Shown here piece by piece: positions 1-12,274 of a stretch of 64,000 nucleotides of DNA. Position numbers and translations under genes: made by a program. The notes beneath the pieces are model-generated. The model had not been told where the DNA came from, searched no databases, and worked only from the letters and a program-made list of their open reading frames with translations. How positions within the stretch are numbered: position 1 is the stretch's first letter; each line of letters starts with the position of its first letter. This DNA comes from Camelus dromedarius. Lineage: Eukaryota. Where the stretch lies: NCBI RefSeq assembly GCF_036321535.1, contig NC_087437.1, positions 41,852,001 through 41,916,000 on the forward strand, read 5' to 3'.

Positions 1-14
1 ACAAAAGAACAGAA

Positions 15-285
15 GTTCTACTTATATGAGGGACCTAAAATAGATAAATTCATAAAGACAAAAGTAGAATAGAAGTTACCAGGGGTGCTGTGTTGACAGG
101 AGTGAGAAGCTATTGTTTTATAGATGCTACAGAATTTGTTTGGATTTGATTTTAAAATTCTGGAAATGGATAGTGATGTGGTTGCAAAACAATATGAATG
201 TAGTTGGTGCCCTGAAATGTACACTTCCAAACAGTAAAAATGGTAAATTCTATGTTGTGTACATTTTACTATATAATATCATAAC
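15..285 (+). mobile_element. Old LINE-1 3' UTR fragment (L1MB-like)
   Basis: Text typical of L1M 3' ends: 'aaagtagaatagaagttaccagggg...ctgaaatgtacactt...aaatggtaaattctatgttgtgtacattttac'. Confidence 0.75.
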
Positions 286-349
286 ATAACATTTTTATGT
301 TATTTATATTTCACATTAAAAATGGGGAAAAGGCCCAACTATATTCCAC

Positions 350-630
350 CTATTTATAAGCTCATTTTAAATATAAAGACAGATAATTTTAAATAAAATA
401 GTAATAAAACAATATACTATGAAAACACTAAAGATAGTTGAAATGGTTCTATTTCTATCAGATGAATTTGAATTCAGAACAAGGGAGAAAGAATACTTCA
501 TAATTATAATGAGTTCAATTCATTAGGAAGACATAACAATCTTAAATATTCATTCACTTAAAAACAGAGATTCAAAATATATGAAGCAAAAATTGATAAA
601 ATGGAAAGGAAAAACAAACAAATCTTTAAT
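350..630 (+). mobile_element. Decayed L1 ORF2 endonuclease-region fragment
   Basis: 'gttcaattcattaggaagacataacaatcttaaatatt...ttcaaaatatatgaagcaaaaattga' resembles the L1 EN coding region; no open frame. Confidence 0.65.
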
Positions 631-633
631 TAC

Positions 634-783
634 ACAGTCTTACAGAGATATTGTAGATTTGGTTCCAGACCCCACAAGAAAGTAAATATTGCAATAAAAC
701 AAGTCACACAGATTTTTTGGTTTCCCAGTGTGTATAAAATTTATCTTTATACTATACTGTAGTCTGTTAAGTGTGCAAAAGCT
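634..783 (-). mobile_element. Tigger1 (TcMar) DNA transposon terminal fragment
   Basis: 'gagatattgtagatttggttccagaccccac...gtcacacagattttttggtttcccagtg...ctatactgtagtctgttaagtgtgcaa' resembles a Tigger1 end as I recall it. Confidence 0.7.
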
Positions 784-1345
784 TTCAAGACTCATCCAGG
801 TTGTAGCATATATCAGTTCTTAATTCGTTTTTACAAGGGTCACTGTATGGATATACAGTTGACCCTTGAACAAAGCAAGGATTAATCTGCATATAATTTA
901 TAGTTGACCCTGCTTATCTGTGGTTCCTTCACATCCACAGATTCGACCAACCACAGACCAAGTGGTACTGTAATATTTACTGCTGAAAAATGTCTCCATA
1001 GAAGTGGATCCATGCAGTTCAATCTCGTGTTGTTCAAAGGTCAGCTGTACCACATTTTGCTTATCTATTTATAAGTTGATGAACATATGGGTTGTTTCCA
1101 CTTTTTGGACTAACACTGCTATGATCGTTCATGTACAGGTTTTCACGTAGACATGTGTTTTCATTTGTTTTGAGTGTATACTGAGAATAGAATTGCTGGC
1201 TCATAGGATAACTCTGTTTAACTTTCCGAGGAACTGCCAAACTGTTTTCCAAAGTGGCTGTCTGTTGTACATTCCCCTCAGCAATGCGTGAGTGTTCCAC
1301 TTTCTCCACATCTTCATTGACTCCTGTTGCTATCTGTCTTTTTGA
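784..1345 (-). mobile_element. Old L1 3' region, antisense, interrupted by a Tigger2-type MITE
   Basis: 'gtatggatata|ccacattttgcttatc' rejoins across the insertion, followed by L1 text 'gggttgtttccacttttt', 'gaggaactgccaaactgttttccaaagtggctg'. Confidence 0.8.
856..1047. mobile_element. Tigger2-family non-autonomous MITE with TIRs and TA target duplication
   Basis: Starts TA|CAGTTGACCCTTGAACAA and ends TTGTTCAAAGGTCAGCTG|TA. The ends are near-perfect inverted repeats, with TA at 854-855 and 1048-1049. Confidence 0.85.
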
Positions 1346-1364
1346 TTAAATGAGAAATGGTGAT

Positions 1365-3560
1365 AAGATTGGTTTAACATATGAAAATCAATCCTATCAG
1401 TAGAGTTAAAAAAAAAAACCCATATGATTATCTCAATAGATGCAGCAAAAGAATCTGACAAAATTCAATACCCATTCTTTATTTAAAAAGAAAACAAAAC
1501 TCTAAACCACAAGTAGAAACTTCCACAATTTGAAGAGGGCATCCCTACAGCTCACGTCCCTATACCTGACATCACTGTTAATGATGGGAGATGCAAAAAG
1601 CAAGGGTATCTATTCCTTCCACTTCTATTCAACACTGTAGTGGGAGGCCTAATCAGTAGAATAAAGTGAGAAAAAGAAATAAAAGGCAAGCAGATTGCAA
1701 AGGAAGAAGTAAAATTGTATTTACTCACAGAGAACATAATCATGTACATGGAAAAGGTTAAGAAATCTCCAAAAACACTACAAGATCTAAGTTTAGGAAA
1801 ACTACAGGAAACCATGTTAGTATACAAAAATCAATTGTCATATTAGCCACAATTAGAAATTGAAAATTTTAAATACCACTTACAACAGCATCAAAAACAT
1901 AATATACTTAAGGAAAATTTAAACAAAAAACAAACTAGACTCATACACTGAAAATTACAAAAGACTACTCAGAAAATTAAAGAAGGCCTCCATAATTAAA
2001 GAGACATAATATACAGTTTTCCCCAGATTTACCTATTGATTCAATATAATACCAACCAAAACCCCAGAAGATTTTTGTTTAGAAATTAACAAATTGATTA
2101 TAAATTTTATGTGGTAATGCAAAAAATCTAAAATAGGAAAAACAGTTTTGAAAAGGAAGAATAAAGTAGGGGGAGACATACTACTTGTTTCAAGATTAAC
2201 TGTAAAGCTACGTTAATCAAGATTATGGTGCCTGTGTAAGAATAGACATAGAGATCAGTGACACAGAATAGAGTCTAAAGATAGACTCGTACATAAAAGG
2301 ATCATTTGATTTTTGACAAAGATATACCAAGGTAATTCAGTAATGAAATAACTGTATTTTCAACAAATGATGATGGAACCATTGTATTTCCAGTTGAAAA
2401 AATATGAACTTTGACCTTTATCTTACACCATATTCAAAACTTAACCTCCAAATGGATATAGACCTAAGTGTAAGAGCTAAAATAATAAAACTTCTAGGAG
2501 AAAATCTTTGTAACCTTCAGTTGGACTAAGATTTTTTTAGATAGGATGCAAAAAGCCTGAACCAAAAGAAAGAATAAATTGGACTTCATCAAGATTAATA
2601 ACTTTTCCTCTTACAATGATACTGTTTAGAAAATAAAATTCAAGCCATGGATTTTTATAAAGTATTTGCAAAACATAATCCTGATAAAGGACTTTTATTC
2701 AGACAATATAAAGAATGTTATAACTCATAGAACAACTCATGGAAAATGGAGAAAAGATTTGAACAGATACTTCACTAAAGAAGCTAAGGGAACAACAAAC
2801 ATGAAAAAATGCTCAAAATCCAAAATCATTAGTCATTAGGAAAGTGCAAGTTAAAACTGTGATGATATACACTGTAGGTCTATGAGAGGGCTCCAATTTA
2901 AAGACTTACAACACATAATGTCAACAAGGGTGTGGAGCAACTGGAAATCTCACACATTGCTGGTAGGAATGAAAATAGCACACCCATTTTGGCAGAGAGC
3001 TTGGCAATTTCTTAAAAAGTTAAATATGCACTGACTGTGTAACCTAGCAATTTGACTCCTATGTATTTACCCAAGATAAATGAACACATGTCCACAAAAA
3101 CATTTGTTAAATGGTCATAGCAGCTTCAAGATAACAAACATTTAGAAACAAGGTAAATGTCCATCAATAAACGATGGATAAATAAGTTTGGTATATCTGT
3201 TCAATAGACTACTATTGACAGGTATGTAGAAATGAACAACTGATACATGCTATGACAGTGATGAATTGCAAAAACGTTGTGCGGAGTGAAAGAAGCCACA
3301 TATAAAATGTATGATTACACTTATATGAAATTCTAGATTTAGTAACCAAAATCAGATTAGTGGTAAGCTAGGGCTGGGGGCAGGAGCAGGTGATTGGAAT
3401 GGAGCAAAAGGAGACTTTGTAGGGTAACAAAAATGTGCAGTATCTTGATTAGTTACATGGGTATATTCATTTGTCAAAATTCAAGAAAATGTACATTTAA
3501 AATAGATCCTTTTTATTATATATGTAAACTATACCTCAAGAAAGTTGATTTTAAAAAAAT
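1365..3560 (+). mobile_element. Old L1 (L1MC/MD/ME-like): degenerate ORF2 RT and C-terminal region plus 3' UTR
   Basis: Continuous degraded L1 text ('gattatctcaatagatgcagcaaaagaatctgacaaaattcaatacccattc', 'ggacttcatcaagatt', 'aaatgtccatcaata') ending 'tatgtaaactatacctcaagaaagttgattttaaaaaaa'. Confidence 0.85.
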
Positions 3561-3582
3561 TGTACAGAAGGCAATCATTCTT

Positions 3583-3722
3583 GGGGTGAGAGAAATAGCT
3601 CAGTGGTAGAGCCCATGCTTAGCATGCATGAGTTCTGGCTTCAATCCCCAATACCTCCCCCAAATATAAATACATGAATAAACCTAATTACCTCTGCCTC
3701 AAAAAAAAAAAAAAAAAAAAAA
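3583..3722 (+). mobile_element. tRNA-derived SINE (camelid Vic-1-like)
   Basis: Pol III A-box TAGCTCAGTGG, degenerate B-box GCTTCAATCCC, 'aataaacctaattacctc' tail and poly(A). Flanking direct repeat GCAATCATT at 3571-3579 and 3723-3731. Confidence 0.85.
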
Positions 3723-3764
3723 GCAATCATTTTGAAGAATGTGTTTCTCCCCAACAGCTTGGCT

Positions 3765-3930
3765 TCTTCTTTTCTTTTCTTTCCTTTTTTTTCTTCTCTT
3801 TTCTTCTCTTTTCTCTTTTCTCTTTTCACTTTTACCTTTCTTCCTTCCTTTCTTTCTTTCTTTCTTTTTCTTTCTCTCTTTCTTTTCTTTCTCTTTCTTT
3901 TTCTTTCTCTTTCTTTTCTTTCTTTTTATT
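3765..3930. repeat. (TTTC)n/(TTTTC)n polypyrimidine low-complexity tract
   Basis: About 165 bp almost entirely C/T, next to the tail of an antisense L1. Confidence 0.9.
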
Positions 3931-3944
3931 GTCACTGACTTTTT

Positions 3945-6900
3945 CTACTTTATTTTTATTTTTTAAGTTGAAGTATAGCTGATTAACAATATCGTATTAG
4001 TTTCTGATGTACAGCAAAGTGATTCAGTTATATGTACATATACACATGTTATGCATATATACTCTTTTTCAGATTTTTTCCATTATGGTTTATTACAGGA
4101 TATTGAATATAGTTCCCCGTGCTACACAGTAGGACCTTTACAGTTGTTTATCTATGTTATATATAAGTTTATATCTGCTAATCCCAAAATCCTTAATTTA
4201 TCACCACCCCACCACCTTTCCCCTTTGGTTACCAGAAGTTCGTTTTCTATGTCTGAGAGTCTGTTTCTGTTTCATAAGTAAGTTCATTTGTATTGTATTT
4301 TAGATTCCACATATAAATATCATATGGTATTGGTCTTCCTCTTTCTGACTTCACTTAGTAAGATAATCTCTAGGTCCATCCATGTTGCTGCAAATGGCAA
4401 AATTTTGCTCTATTTTGTGGCTGAGTAGTATTCCATTGTATATATATCCCACATCTTTTTTTTTTTTAACATTTTTTAATTGAGTTACAGTCATTTTACA
4501 ATCTTGTGTCAAATTCCAGTGTAGAGCACAATTTTTTCAGTTCTACATGAACATACATATATTCATTGTCACATTTTTTTTCGCTGTGAGCTACCACAAG
4601 ATTTTGTATATATTTCCCTGTGCTATATAGTATAATCTTGTTATTCTATTCTGCATATGCCTGTCAGTATCTACAAAATTTGAAATCCCAGTCTGTCCCT
4701 TCCCACCCCTCTCCCCCTTGGCAACCACAAGTTTGTATTCTATCTTATGAGTCTGTTTCTGTTTGTATTTATGTTCTTTTTTTTTTGTTCTTTTTTTTTT
4801 TTTTTTTAGATTACATATATGAGCTATCTCATATGGTATTTTTCTTTCTCTTTCTAGCTTGCTTCACTTAGAATGACATTCTCCAGGGACATCCATGTGG
4901 CTGCAAATGACGTTATGTTGTCGTTTTTGTGGCTGAATAGTATTCCATTGTATAAATATATCACATCTTCTTTATCCAGTCATCTGTTGATGGACATTTA
5001 GGCTGTTTCCATGTCTTGGCTATTGTAAATAGTGCTGCTATGAACATTGGGGTGTAGGTGTCTTTTTGAAGTAGGGTTCCTTCTGGATAAATGCCCAGGA
5101 GCGGGATTCCTGGGTCATATGGTAAGTCTATTCCTAGTCTTTTGAGGAATCTCCATACTGTTTTCCACAGTGGCTGCACCAAACTGCATTCCCAGTAACA
5201 GTGTAGGAGGGTTCCCTTTTCTCCACAGCCTCTCCAGCATTTGTCATTTGTGGGCTTTTGAATGATGGCCATTCTAGCTGGTGTGAGGTGATACCTCATT
5301 GTAGTTTTGATTTGCATTTCTTTGATAATTAGTGATATTGAGCATTTTTTCATGTGCCTATTGGTCATTTGTATTTCATCCTTGGAGAATTGCTTGTTTA
5401 GGTCTTCTGCCCATTTTTGGATTGGGTTGATTGTTTTTTTCTTATTATGTCGTATGAGCTGCTTATATATTCTGGAGATCAAGCCTTTATTGGTTTCATC
5501 ATTTGCAAAAATTTTCTCCCATTCCGTAGGTTGTCGTTTGTTTTGTTTATGGTTTCCTTTGCTGTGCAGAAGCTTGTAAGTTCAATTAGGTCCCATTTGT
5601 TTATTCTTCCTTCTATTTCTATTGCTTGGGTAGACTGCCCTAGGAGAGCATTTTTGAGATGTATGTCAGATAATGTTTTGCCTATGTTTTCTTCTAGGAG
5701 GTTTATTGTATCTTGTCTTATGTTTAAGTCTTCGATCCATTTTGAGTTTATTTTTGTGTATGCTGTAAGGGAGTGTTCTAGCTTCATGGATTTACATGCT
5801 GCTGTCCAGTTTTCCCAACACCATTTGCTGAAGAGACTGTCTTTATTCCATTGTATATTCTTGCCTCCTTTGTCAAAGATTAGTTGACCAAAAATTTGTG
5901 GGTTCATTTCTGGGCTCTCTATTCTGTTCCATTGGTCCATATGTCTGTTTTTGTACCAAGACCATGCTGTCTTGATGACTGTAGCTCTGTAGTATTGTCT
6001 GAAGTCTTGGAGAGTTATTCCTCCAGCCTCTTTCTTTTTCTTCAGTAATGCTTTGGCAATTCTAGGTCTTTTGTGGCTCCATACAAATTTTATTATGATT
6101 TGTTCTAGTTCTGCAAAATATGTCCTGGGTAATTTGATAGGGATTGTATTAAATCTGTAGATTGCTTTGGGCAGTGTGACCATTTTAACAATATTGATTC
6201 TTCCAATCCAGGAGCATGAGATATCTTTTCATTTTTTTAAGTCTTCTTTAATTTCCTTCATCAGTGTTTTATAGTTTTCCGTGTATAAGTCTTTCACCTC
6301 CTTGGTTAGATGTATTCCTAGGTATTTGGGTGCTATTTTAAAAGGGATTGTTTACTTTCTTTTTCTGTTGATTCATTGTTAGTGTAAAGAAATGCAACTG
6401 ATTTTTGAACGTTAATCTTGTAACCTGCTACTTTGCTGAATTCTTCGATTAGTTCTAGTAGTCTGGAGCTTTTAGGGTTTTCTATATGTAATATCATGTC
6501 ATAGGCATATAGTGACACTTTACCTCTTCTTTTCCAATTTGGATCCCTTTTATTTCTCTCTCTTGCCTGATTGCTGTAGCTAGGACTTCCAAGACTATGT
6601 TGAATAGGAGTGGTGATAGTGGGCAGCCTTGTCTTGTCCCAGATTTTAGTGGAAAGCTTTTGAGTTTTTCACCATTGAGTACTATGCTGGCTGTAGGTAT
6701 GTCATATATGGCTTTTATTATGTTGAGATATGTTCTCTCTATACCCACTTTGGTGAGTTTTTATCATAAATGGGTGTTGAATTTTATCAAATGCTTTTTC
6801 TGCATCTATTGAGATGATCATGTGGTTTTTGTCCTTTCTCTTATTGATACGATGTATTACATTGATTGATTCGTGCATGTTGAACCACTTTTGTGTCCCT

Positions 6901-7331
6901 GGGATGAACCCTACTTGATCATGATGTGTAATCTTTTTTATGTGCTGTTGGATTCTATTTGCTAATATTTTCCCACATCTTCTTTATCCATTCATCTGTC
7001 AATGGACATTTAGGTTGCTTCCATGTCTTGGCTATTGTAAATAGTGGTGTTATGAACGTTGGGGTGCATGTATCTTTTTGAATTATAGATTTCTCCTGAT
7101 ATATGCCCAGGAGTGGAATTGCTGGATTATATGTAAGTCTATTTTTAGTTTTTTAAGGAATCTCCATAGTAGCTGAACCAAATTTTTTCCACCAACAGCG
7201 TAGGAAGTTTTGTTTTTCTCCACACCCTCTCCAGCATTTGTTATTTGTGGACTTTTTAATAATGGCCATTCTTACTGATGTGAGGTGTTACTCATTGTAG
7301 TTTTGATTTGCATTTCTCTAATAGTTAGCAG
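3945..7331 (-). mobile_element. Artiodactyl-type L1 3' fragment (host), split into about 3945-4457 and 6971-7331 by a younger L1
   Basis: The L1 3' UTR 'gaagtatagctgattaacaat...gtacagcaaagtgattcag...tattccattgtatatatatcccacatctt' resumes at 6971 with 'tcccacatcttctttatccattcatctgtc'. Confidence 0.85.
4458..6970 (-). mobile_element. Younger 5'-truncated L1 (about 2.5 kb) with frameshifted ORF2 RT and C-terminal domains
   Basis: ORFs 6494-6748 ([21 protein letters not shown]), 6333-6518 (SLYAYDM, mutated YADD), 5479-6183 and 4961-5482 ([34 protein letters not shown]) are L1 ORF2 pieces. A poly(T) tail starts at 4458, with TSD TCCCACATCTT at 4447-4457 and 6971-6981. Confidence 0.95.
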
Positions 7332-8009
7332 CTATCTCACTCTTTCTCACTCTTCTCCTCCCCCACAATCATCCTGTTTCTGCTCTTAAGCCACAGCCTT
7401 CTTTCATTTGCCGGCTCTCCAAATATTTGAAGAGGTCTCTATCAATGGTTTCCTTCACCCACCCACCCACCCCCACCAAAATCTCCTCTTCTCCAGGTTA
7501 AATATTGCCAGTTCTTCAGTCATTCACATCTGATGTAGTTTCTACCCTTGATAAAAGTGAAGCTGCAAGAGCTGTATGGCTTGTGCAGGGAGGTAAGATC
7601 TGGAAGTGTCATGAAGTTCCCAACAGAGGGAGGGATATTTGCAGGGCTGGGCAACCAAAACAAAAGAAACAAAAACATAAGTGTTTACAGTGGAGAAATG
7701 TACAGGGGCCCAAATCCTGCATGGCCACATAAGCCATGGTCAAGATTTTATTTCTTCCTAAGCAGATTTTTAAAGTGGAAGAGATTGTAATCTACCCCAA
7801 GACAGTCTCCCAGCATTGGGCCCAGACAATTTTCTTCAATTAGTTTCCCCTGCTGCACACACCAGGGTACTGGTAGCTCCACAGTTCCATCATCCTTGAC
7901 ATAATTTCTCTTTCAAATTTCCTGCACCCTGTGAAGCACTGTGCCTTTTAAACAGCATTTACAATAGTTTTGTCTCCTGTGTTCTCTTCCATGCATCCAC
8001 TCTCTTGGC

Positions 8010-8200
8010 TCAACTATGTGCAGGTTATTTAACTTGGACAGCTTATTCAACTTCTCTGTTTTCTCACCTGTAAAACAATGATAACCATTGTAATAGTTTC
8101 ACAGTGTTACTGTGGTGATTAAATGTATTAATATATGTGATATGCTTTGAACATTTCCAGTGCATAGTAAGCGATCTTTAAGTATTTTCTGTTACTATTT
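8010..8200 (+). mobile_element. MIR SINE
   Basis: Core 'ttctctgttttctcacctgtaaaacaatgataa...gtggtgattaaatg...catagtaagcg'. Confidence 0.7.
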
Positions 8201-8507
8201 GCCCAAGGATAAAGAGGAAAATCTTGCAAGCTGCCAGACAGAATGAATTAGTTATCAGTAAAGAGGGGATAGGGAGGGGAAATAGGCTGGCAGTGAAATT
8301 CTCCTTTGTAACACTAGAAGGTAGAAGGCAATGGAATGTATTTCACTTGTCAAAATGAAAGAAAGATATTATTACATATATGTAAAATGCATGCCCCACC
8401 ACATAGTAAGTGCTCTGTATGGCTTTTCTGTTATTATTATTACATAGGGCCACAGTCTGAGACTTGGAATCTATCTTCCTGGGTGATAACTGTCTCCTAT
8501 CTACATT

Positions 8508-8508
<1 letters not shown>

Positions 8509-8542
<34 letters not shown>
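8509..8542. repeat. (CA)17 microsatellite
   Basis: Read directly from the sequence. Confidence 0.95.
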
Positions 8543-8543
<1 letters not shown>

Positions 8544-9599
8544 TCCACACATACAGGCATGGACTGCCACTTCTCACCTGACCCAACCTCCTCTCTGTTC
8601 TTTCCCATTTACATTTCAATTATTCCAGCCCCAGGAAGCCAGGAGGGGTCTCACATTCCATCTAAATTAATAAAGTATCTCTCCCAATTTTTCCAGGTTT
8701 GTGTCAGATATCAACAGATTTAGATTAGGGGGATTTAGAGGGAAAGAAAAAAAAAGAAGAATATACTTGGCCTACTCAAAATCATCAGAAATGTAAGAAT
8801 CCTAGAAAATACCAAAACCAGAAAAGATTTTGCCTGTTTCATGAGGAAATCTCCCTTGCTTTTATTTAATTTTAAATCTCCTAACTATAAAGGATTTCAT
8901 GTAATTGGAAAGTTCATTATTTCATGATTTGTATGATTTTTATAGTAGTTATCCTGTTCTTTGATGGGATTGGCATTATTTTGTTAAAAACCAGATTGTT
9001 TCATTATTGCTAAGTTTGAGATTGTTTATGAAAATTGTAATTTGAAATTTTAAAATTTAAACTTTTTTGAAGAGGAAGAAAGGGTTACAAAGTCATCTAA
9101 AGTGTATTTGCCAAGAGTTTTATGTCTGAATTTTTATTCCGAGTCATTTAAAGGGAAAAGTGTTCTTATGTTTCTGATTCATTTATGGTTGAATCATCAA
9201 ATTGTTGTTTTTCTAGAAGCTATTTGATGTTCCACTAGCTTTTGAATCCTTTAAGACCGTTTAACGTCTTTTCCCCTCATTATAGACTTTTTGCTCTCTT
9301 AGTGGGCTTAAGCAGTCAAGGATGTGCCTTTATTTAACCAACCTTATCAAATTGAACCATTTCATGAACAGGCTCACTCTTACCTCGGGGTCCTTAACAT
9401 TGGTGCTTTTCCTTGCATGAGACTCTCTTCCCTAAACATGGTTGTGGTTAGCTTTTGTATTTCATTTGTCTAAAAGTCTCCTTTTCAACAAGACTTACCC
9501 TGACCTCTGTGTTTAAAATTACAAAACTAAAATTTAATCTGTGACAACCTACACAAATAATCATGTAAATTAGCACAAAAACAACTTAGTCAAGTAAAA

Positions 9600-9710
9600 C
9601 TTAGAATCAAAAAATGTTGGAAGGACCTTGGAGTTTCTCTGGTCCAAATGTCTCTTTTTACAGATGAAGCCTGGAGAAGTTAAGTGGCTTCCCTCAGATT
9701 AGACAACCAG
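9600..9710 (-). mobile_element. MIR/MIR3 fragment
   Basis: 'gttggaaggaccttggag...tttttacagatgaagcctggagaagttaagtggcttccc'. Confidence 0.6.
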
Positions 9711-9714
9711 TTAC

Positions 9715-10632
9715 ATCCAGAAATCCAACAGGCGTCTCACACTGAACATGCCCCCAGATGCACTCTTGTTGTTCCCTGAATCCTTTTCCCAGTTTTGGTT
9801 GATGGTAACACCATCCTTTCAGTTACCCAGGCCAAAAACCTTGGAATCATTTTTATCTTCCTTTCCTTTACAGCCCAATATCTAATCTATCAACAAATCA
9901 TGTTTGCTCCATCTTCAAAATAGATACAGAATCCTCCCCCTCCTACTCCACCACACTTGTCTAAGCCGCCATCATCTCACACCTAGATTTCTGCAATAGT
10001 CTAACTGATCTCCCTGCTTCTACTCTTGCTCCCAACAGTCTATTCTCAAGGAGCAGTCAGAGTGACCCCTTTAAACCAAAGTCATTTCATGCCATTTTTG
10101 TGCTCTGTTCCAAATCCTGTAGCAGCTCCCCACTGCACTGAAGTAGTACCTCCAGAACCCACCACCATTTGGTCTCCCATATCTTCCCAACCTTATCTTC
10201 TATTGCTCTGCCCCTTTCTTGCTGCCCTCTAAATGCAGTGACCACCTCCTAGGCCTTGAACACTCCAGGCACACTCCCACCTTATGGTCTTTCCCTGGCT
10301 CTCTCCGCAGCCTGGAATGCTTTTCTTCTGGGTATCTCTAAGGTTAATTCCACCTCTTTTGTTCAGAAGACTTCTTTTCAATGAGTCTGTATCAGTCTTC
10401 TTGTTGAAAATTACAAACTGTCCATTTATACCCCAGTGACACCTGATCTCTCCTATCTTGCTCATTTTTTAAAGAACATATCACCTTCTAATATAGTATA
10501 TCATTTACTTATTCATTATATTTGTCTGTCTCCTCCCTGAAGGGCAAAGATCTTTGTCTGTTTTATCATTGTATCCCCAGTGCCTAGAATAGTGCCTGGC
10601 ACAAAATAAGCATCCAGTAAATATTTGTTGCA
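9715..10632 (+). mobile_element. LINE-2 (L2a-like) 3' portion
   Basis: 'caggccaaaaaccttggaatcat', 'ccatcatctcacacctagatttctgcaatag', and the terminal 'tgtatccccagtgcctagaatagtgcctggcac...aaatatttgttg'. Confidence 0.85.
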
Positions 10633-11719
10633 AGAAAGAAAGGGAGGAGAGAGAGAAAGAGGACAGGTCTCCTGTCCCCTAGACAGATGGTCACTGGAGT
10701 ACCTTATGTTGCCTATAGCACATGGGCACAACTAACTTCACTGGAAAAAATTTTAACAAGTTGAAAACAACGTAGACCTTAGGCAAAAGCAGGAATTAGG
10801 TAATACTTATTCCCTCTTCTTCATCAGGAAAAACTCCAACTCTATATCTCTTATTCCATCCAGAATTTTTCCAATGGAGCTATCAATTTACCTTAAATTA
10901 TACAAATATTCTCACTACAGTTTTGTTTCAATATGTCACACCTCTGTAGGTTATTTACATCTTAAGAAAGAGAGCAGAAAAGGGTCCATATTTAGCCTGA
11001 AGGAATGAGTCTTCATTGGTAAAATTCCAGGCAGTATGGTATGTGAATGGTAGAAGAAGGCTCAGTTGCTCAACGTAAGTATCTGTTTACTCGAGGTAAA
11101 ATTAGCCCACTCATATGGATTTAACACACTGTTTTTAAAACAGATTTAAACTAAACTGAAAAAAAATTACAGAACAAATTCAAAATGGCAATGACTTATG
11201 AGCCCAGATAAGGCAAGGTCAGTGATCTGGTTTAGAAAGATATACTCAGTAAAAGGATTGTGACATTAGTAAAATATGGTTTGGCAGAAACTTCTAATAT
11301 GATGAAAGGTAAAACCACATAACAGAAAAGTAGATGTGTGTACGAACTAGAAGAAGAATGAATTGAACTAAAGGATGGATGTAAATAAGATGAAAACTAA
11401 GATTTCTCTGATAAACAAATAAGAATTAAATCAATTTTCAGGTATTTTAGGTAAAACAATCCCTCTTGCTTTTTTTTAAACCAGCCTATATATTGCAAAA
11501 CACTGAGAGAGACCAGGTCAAGTTAGGAACATGGACAGATAAGACACAGTAAAGACCAAAGCAGTACAAAAAATAGATTTGGCTTTGAGTGTGACATCAG
11601 GGAACAAAATGAATTGATTGATTTAGGTATGAAAATGAAATAGCTTTGGAATGGGTTAGAAATTAGATTAAGTTTAATTCTAAGAATAAATATAATATAA
11701 TAGGATCATTTTGTGGGAT

Positions 11720-11900
11720 AAATTGTGTATTATATATTTTTGCATACACACAGAAATTTCTGGAAGTGTACACAAAAGAATTTATATATTTACTCCTGAG
11801 GAAAAGATATGGAAGTTCAGGTAGGGCATAGAAAAGGGAAACTTTACATTTTCTGTGCTTCTATACTGTTTGAGTGTATTACTTTGAGTATATTATGTAG
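11720..11900 (+). mobile_element. Very old L1ME-type 3' end fragment
   Basis: 'gcatacacacagaaatttctggaagtgtacacaaaag...actttacattttc...ctatactgtttga'. Confidence 0.5.
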
Positions 11901-12274
11901 AAAAAGTTTAACAATTGTAAAGGATAATATTTTTTAAAAGTTTAAGGAAAGATAAAAGTCTTTATACTATTTCAGATCATACTTAATAATTATGAATAGT
12001 ATTTCCCTTAGTAGTTATGCAACTTTAAATACTGAATTTAAATTTTATCTTTAAACTGAGTACCGTTTATACAAAGTCAAATGGGTAAGTGCTAATAATC
12101 CTTTGAATGGAATATAAATTCAACCCCGTTTTCATTTCTTTAATGACTTTAAACCAAGATGATAAAAAAGCACTTGTCTTTTTTGTTTCTGAATTTTAGC
12201 AAGTAAATAAAATTAAACCAAGAATACTGTGCAAGCGTTACTCTTGTTAACCATGGCATACAAGTATTTCAATT

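Noticed and set aside
3583..3660. tRNA-Ala-like sequence (also at 13887-13962)
   Set aside because: Stems are degenerate, and the SINE tail, A-run and TSDs identify these as SINE heads, not tRNA genes.
3641..3982. Lys/Arg/Glu-rich and Phe/Ser/Leu-rich ORFs (similar ones at 27027-27245 and 48088-48310)
   Set aside because: They are translations of simple repeats and poly(T)/poly(A) runs.
4961..6748. Reverse-transcriptase-like ORFs as a functional gene or novel RT system
   Set aside because: They are ordinary L1 ORF2 pieces: 5'-truncated, frameshifted and with a mutated catalytic YADD motif.
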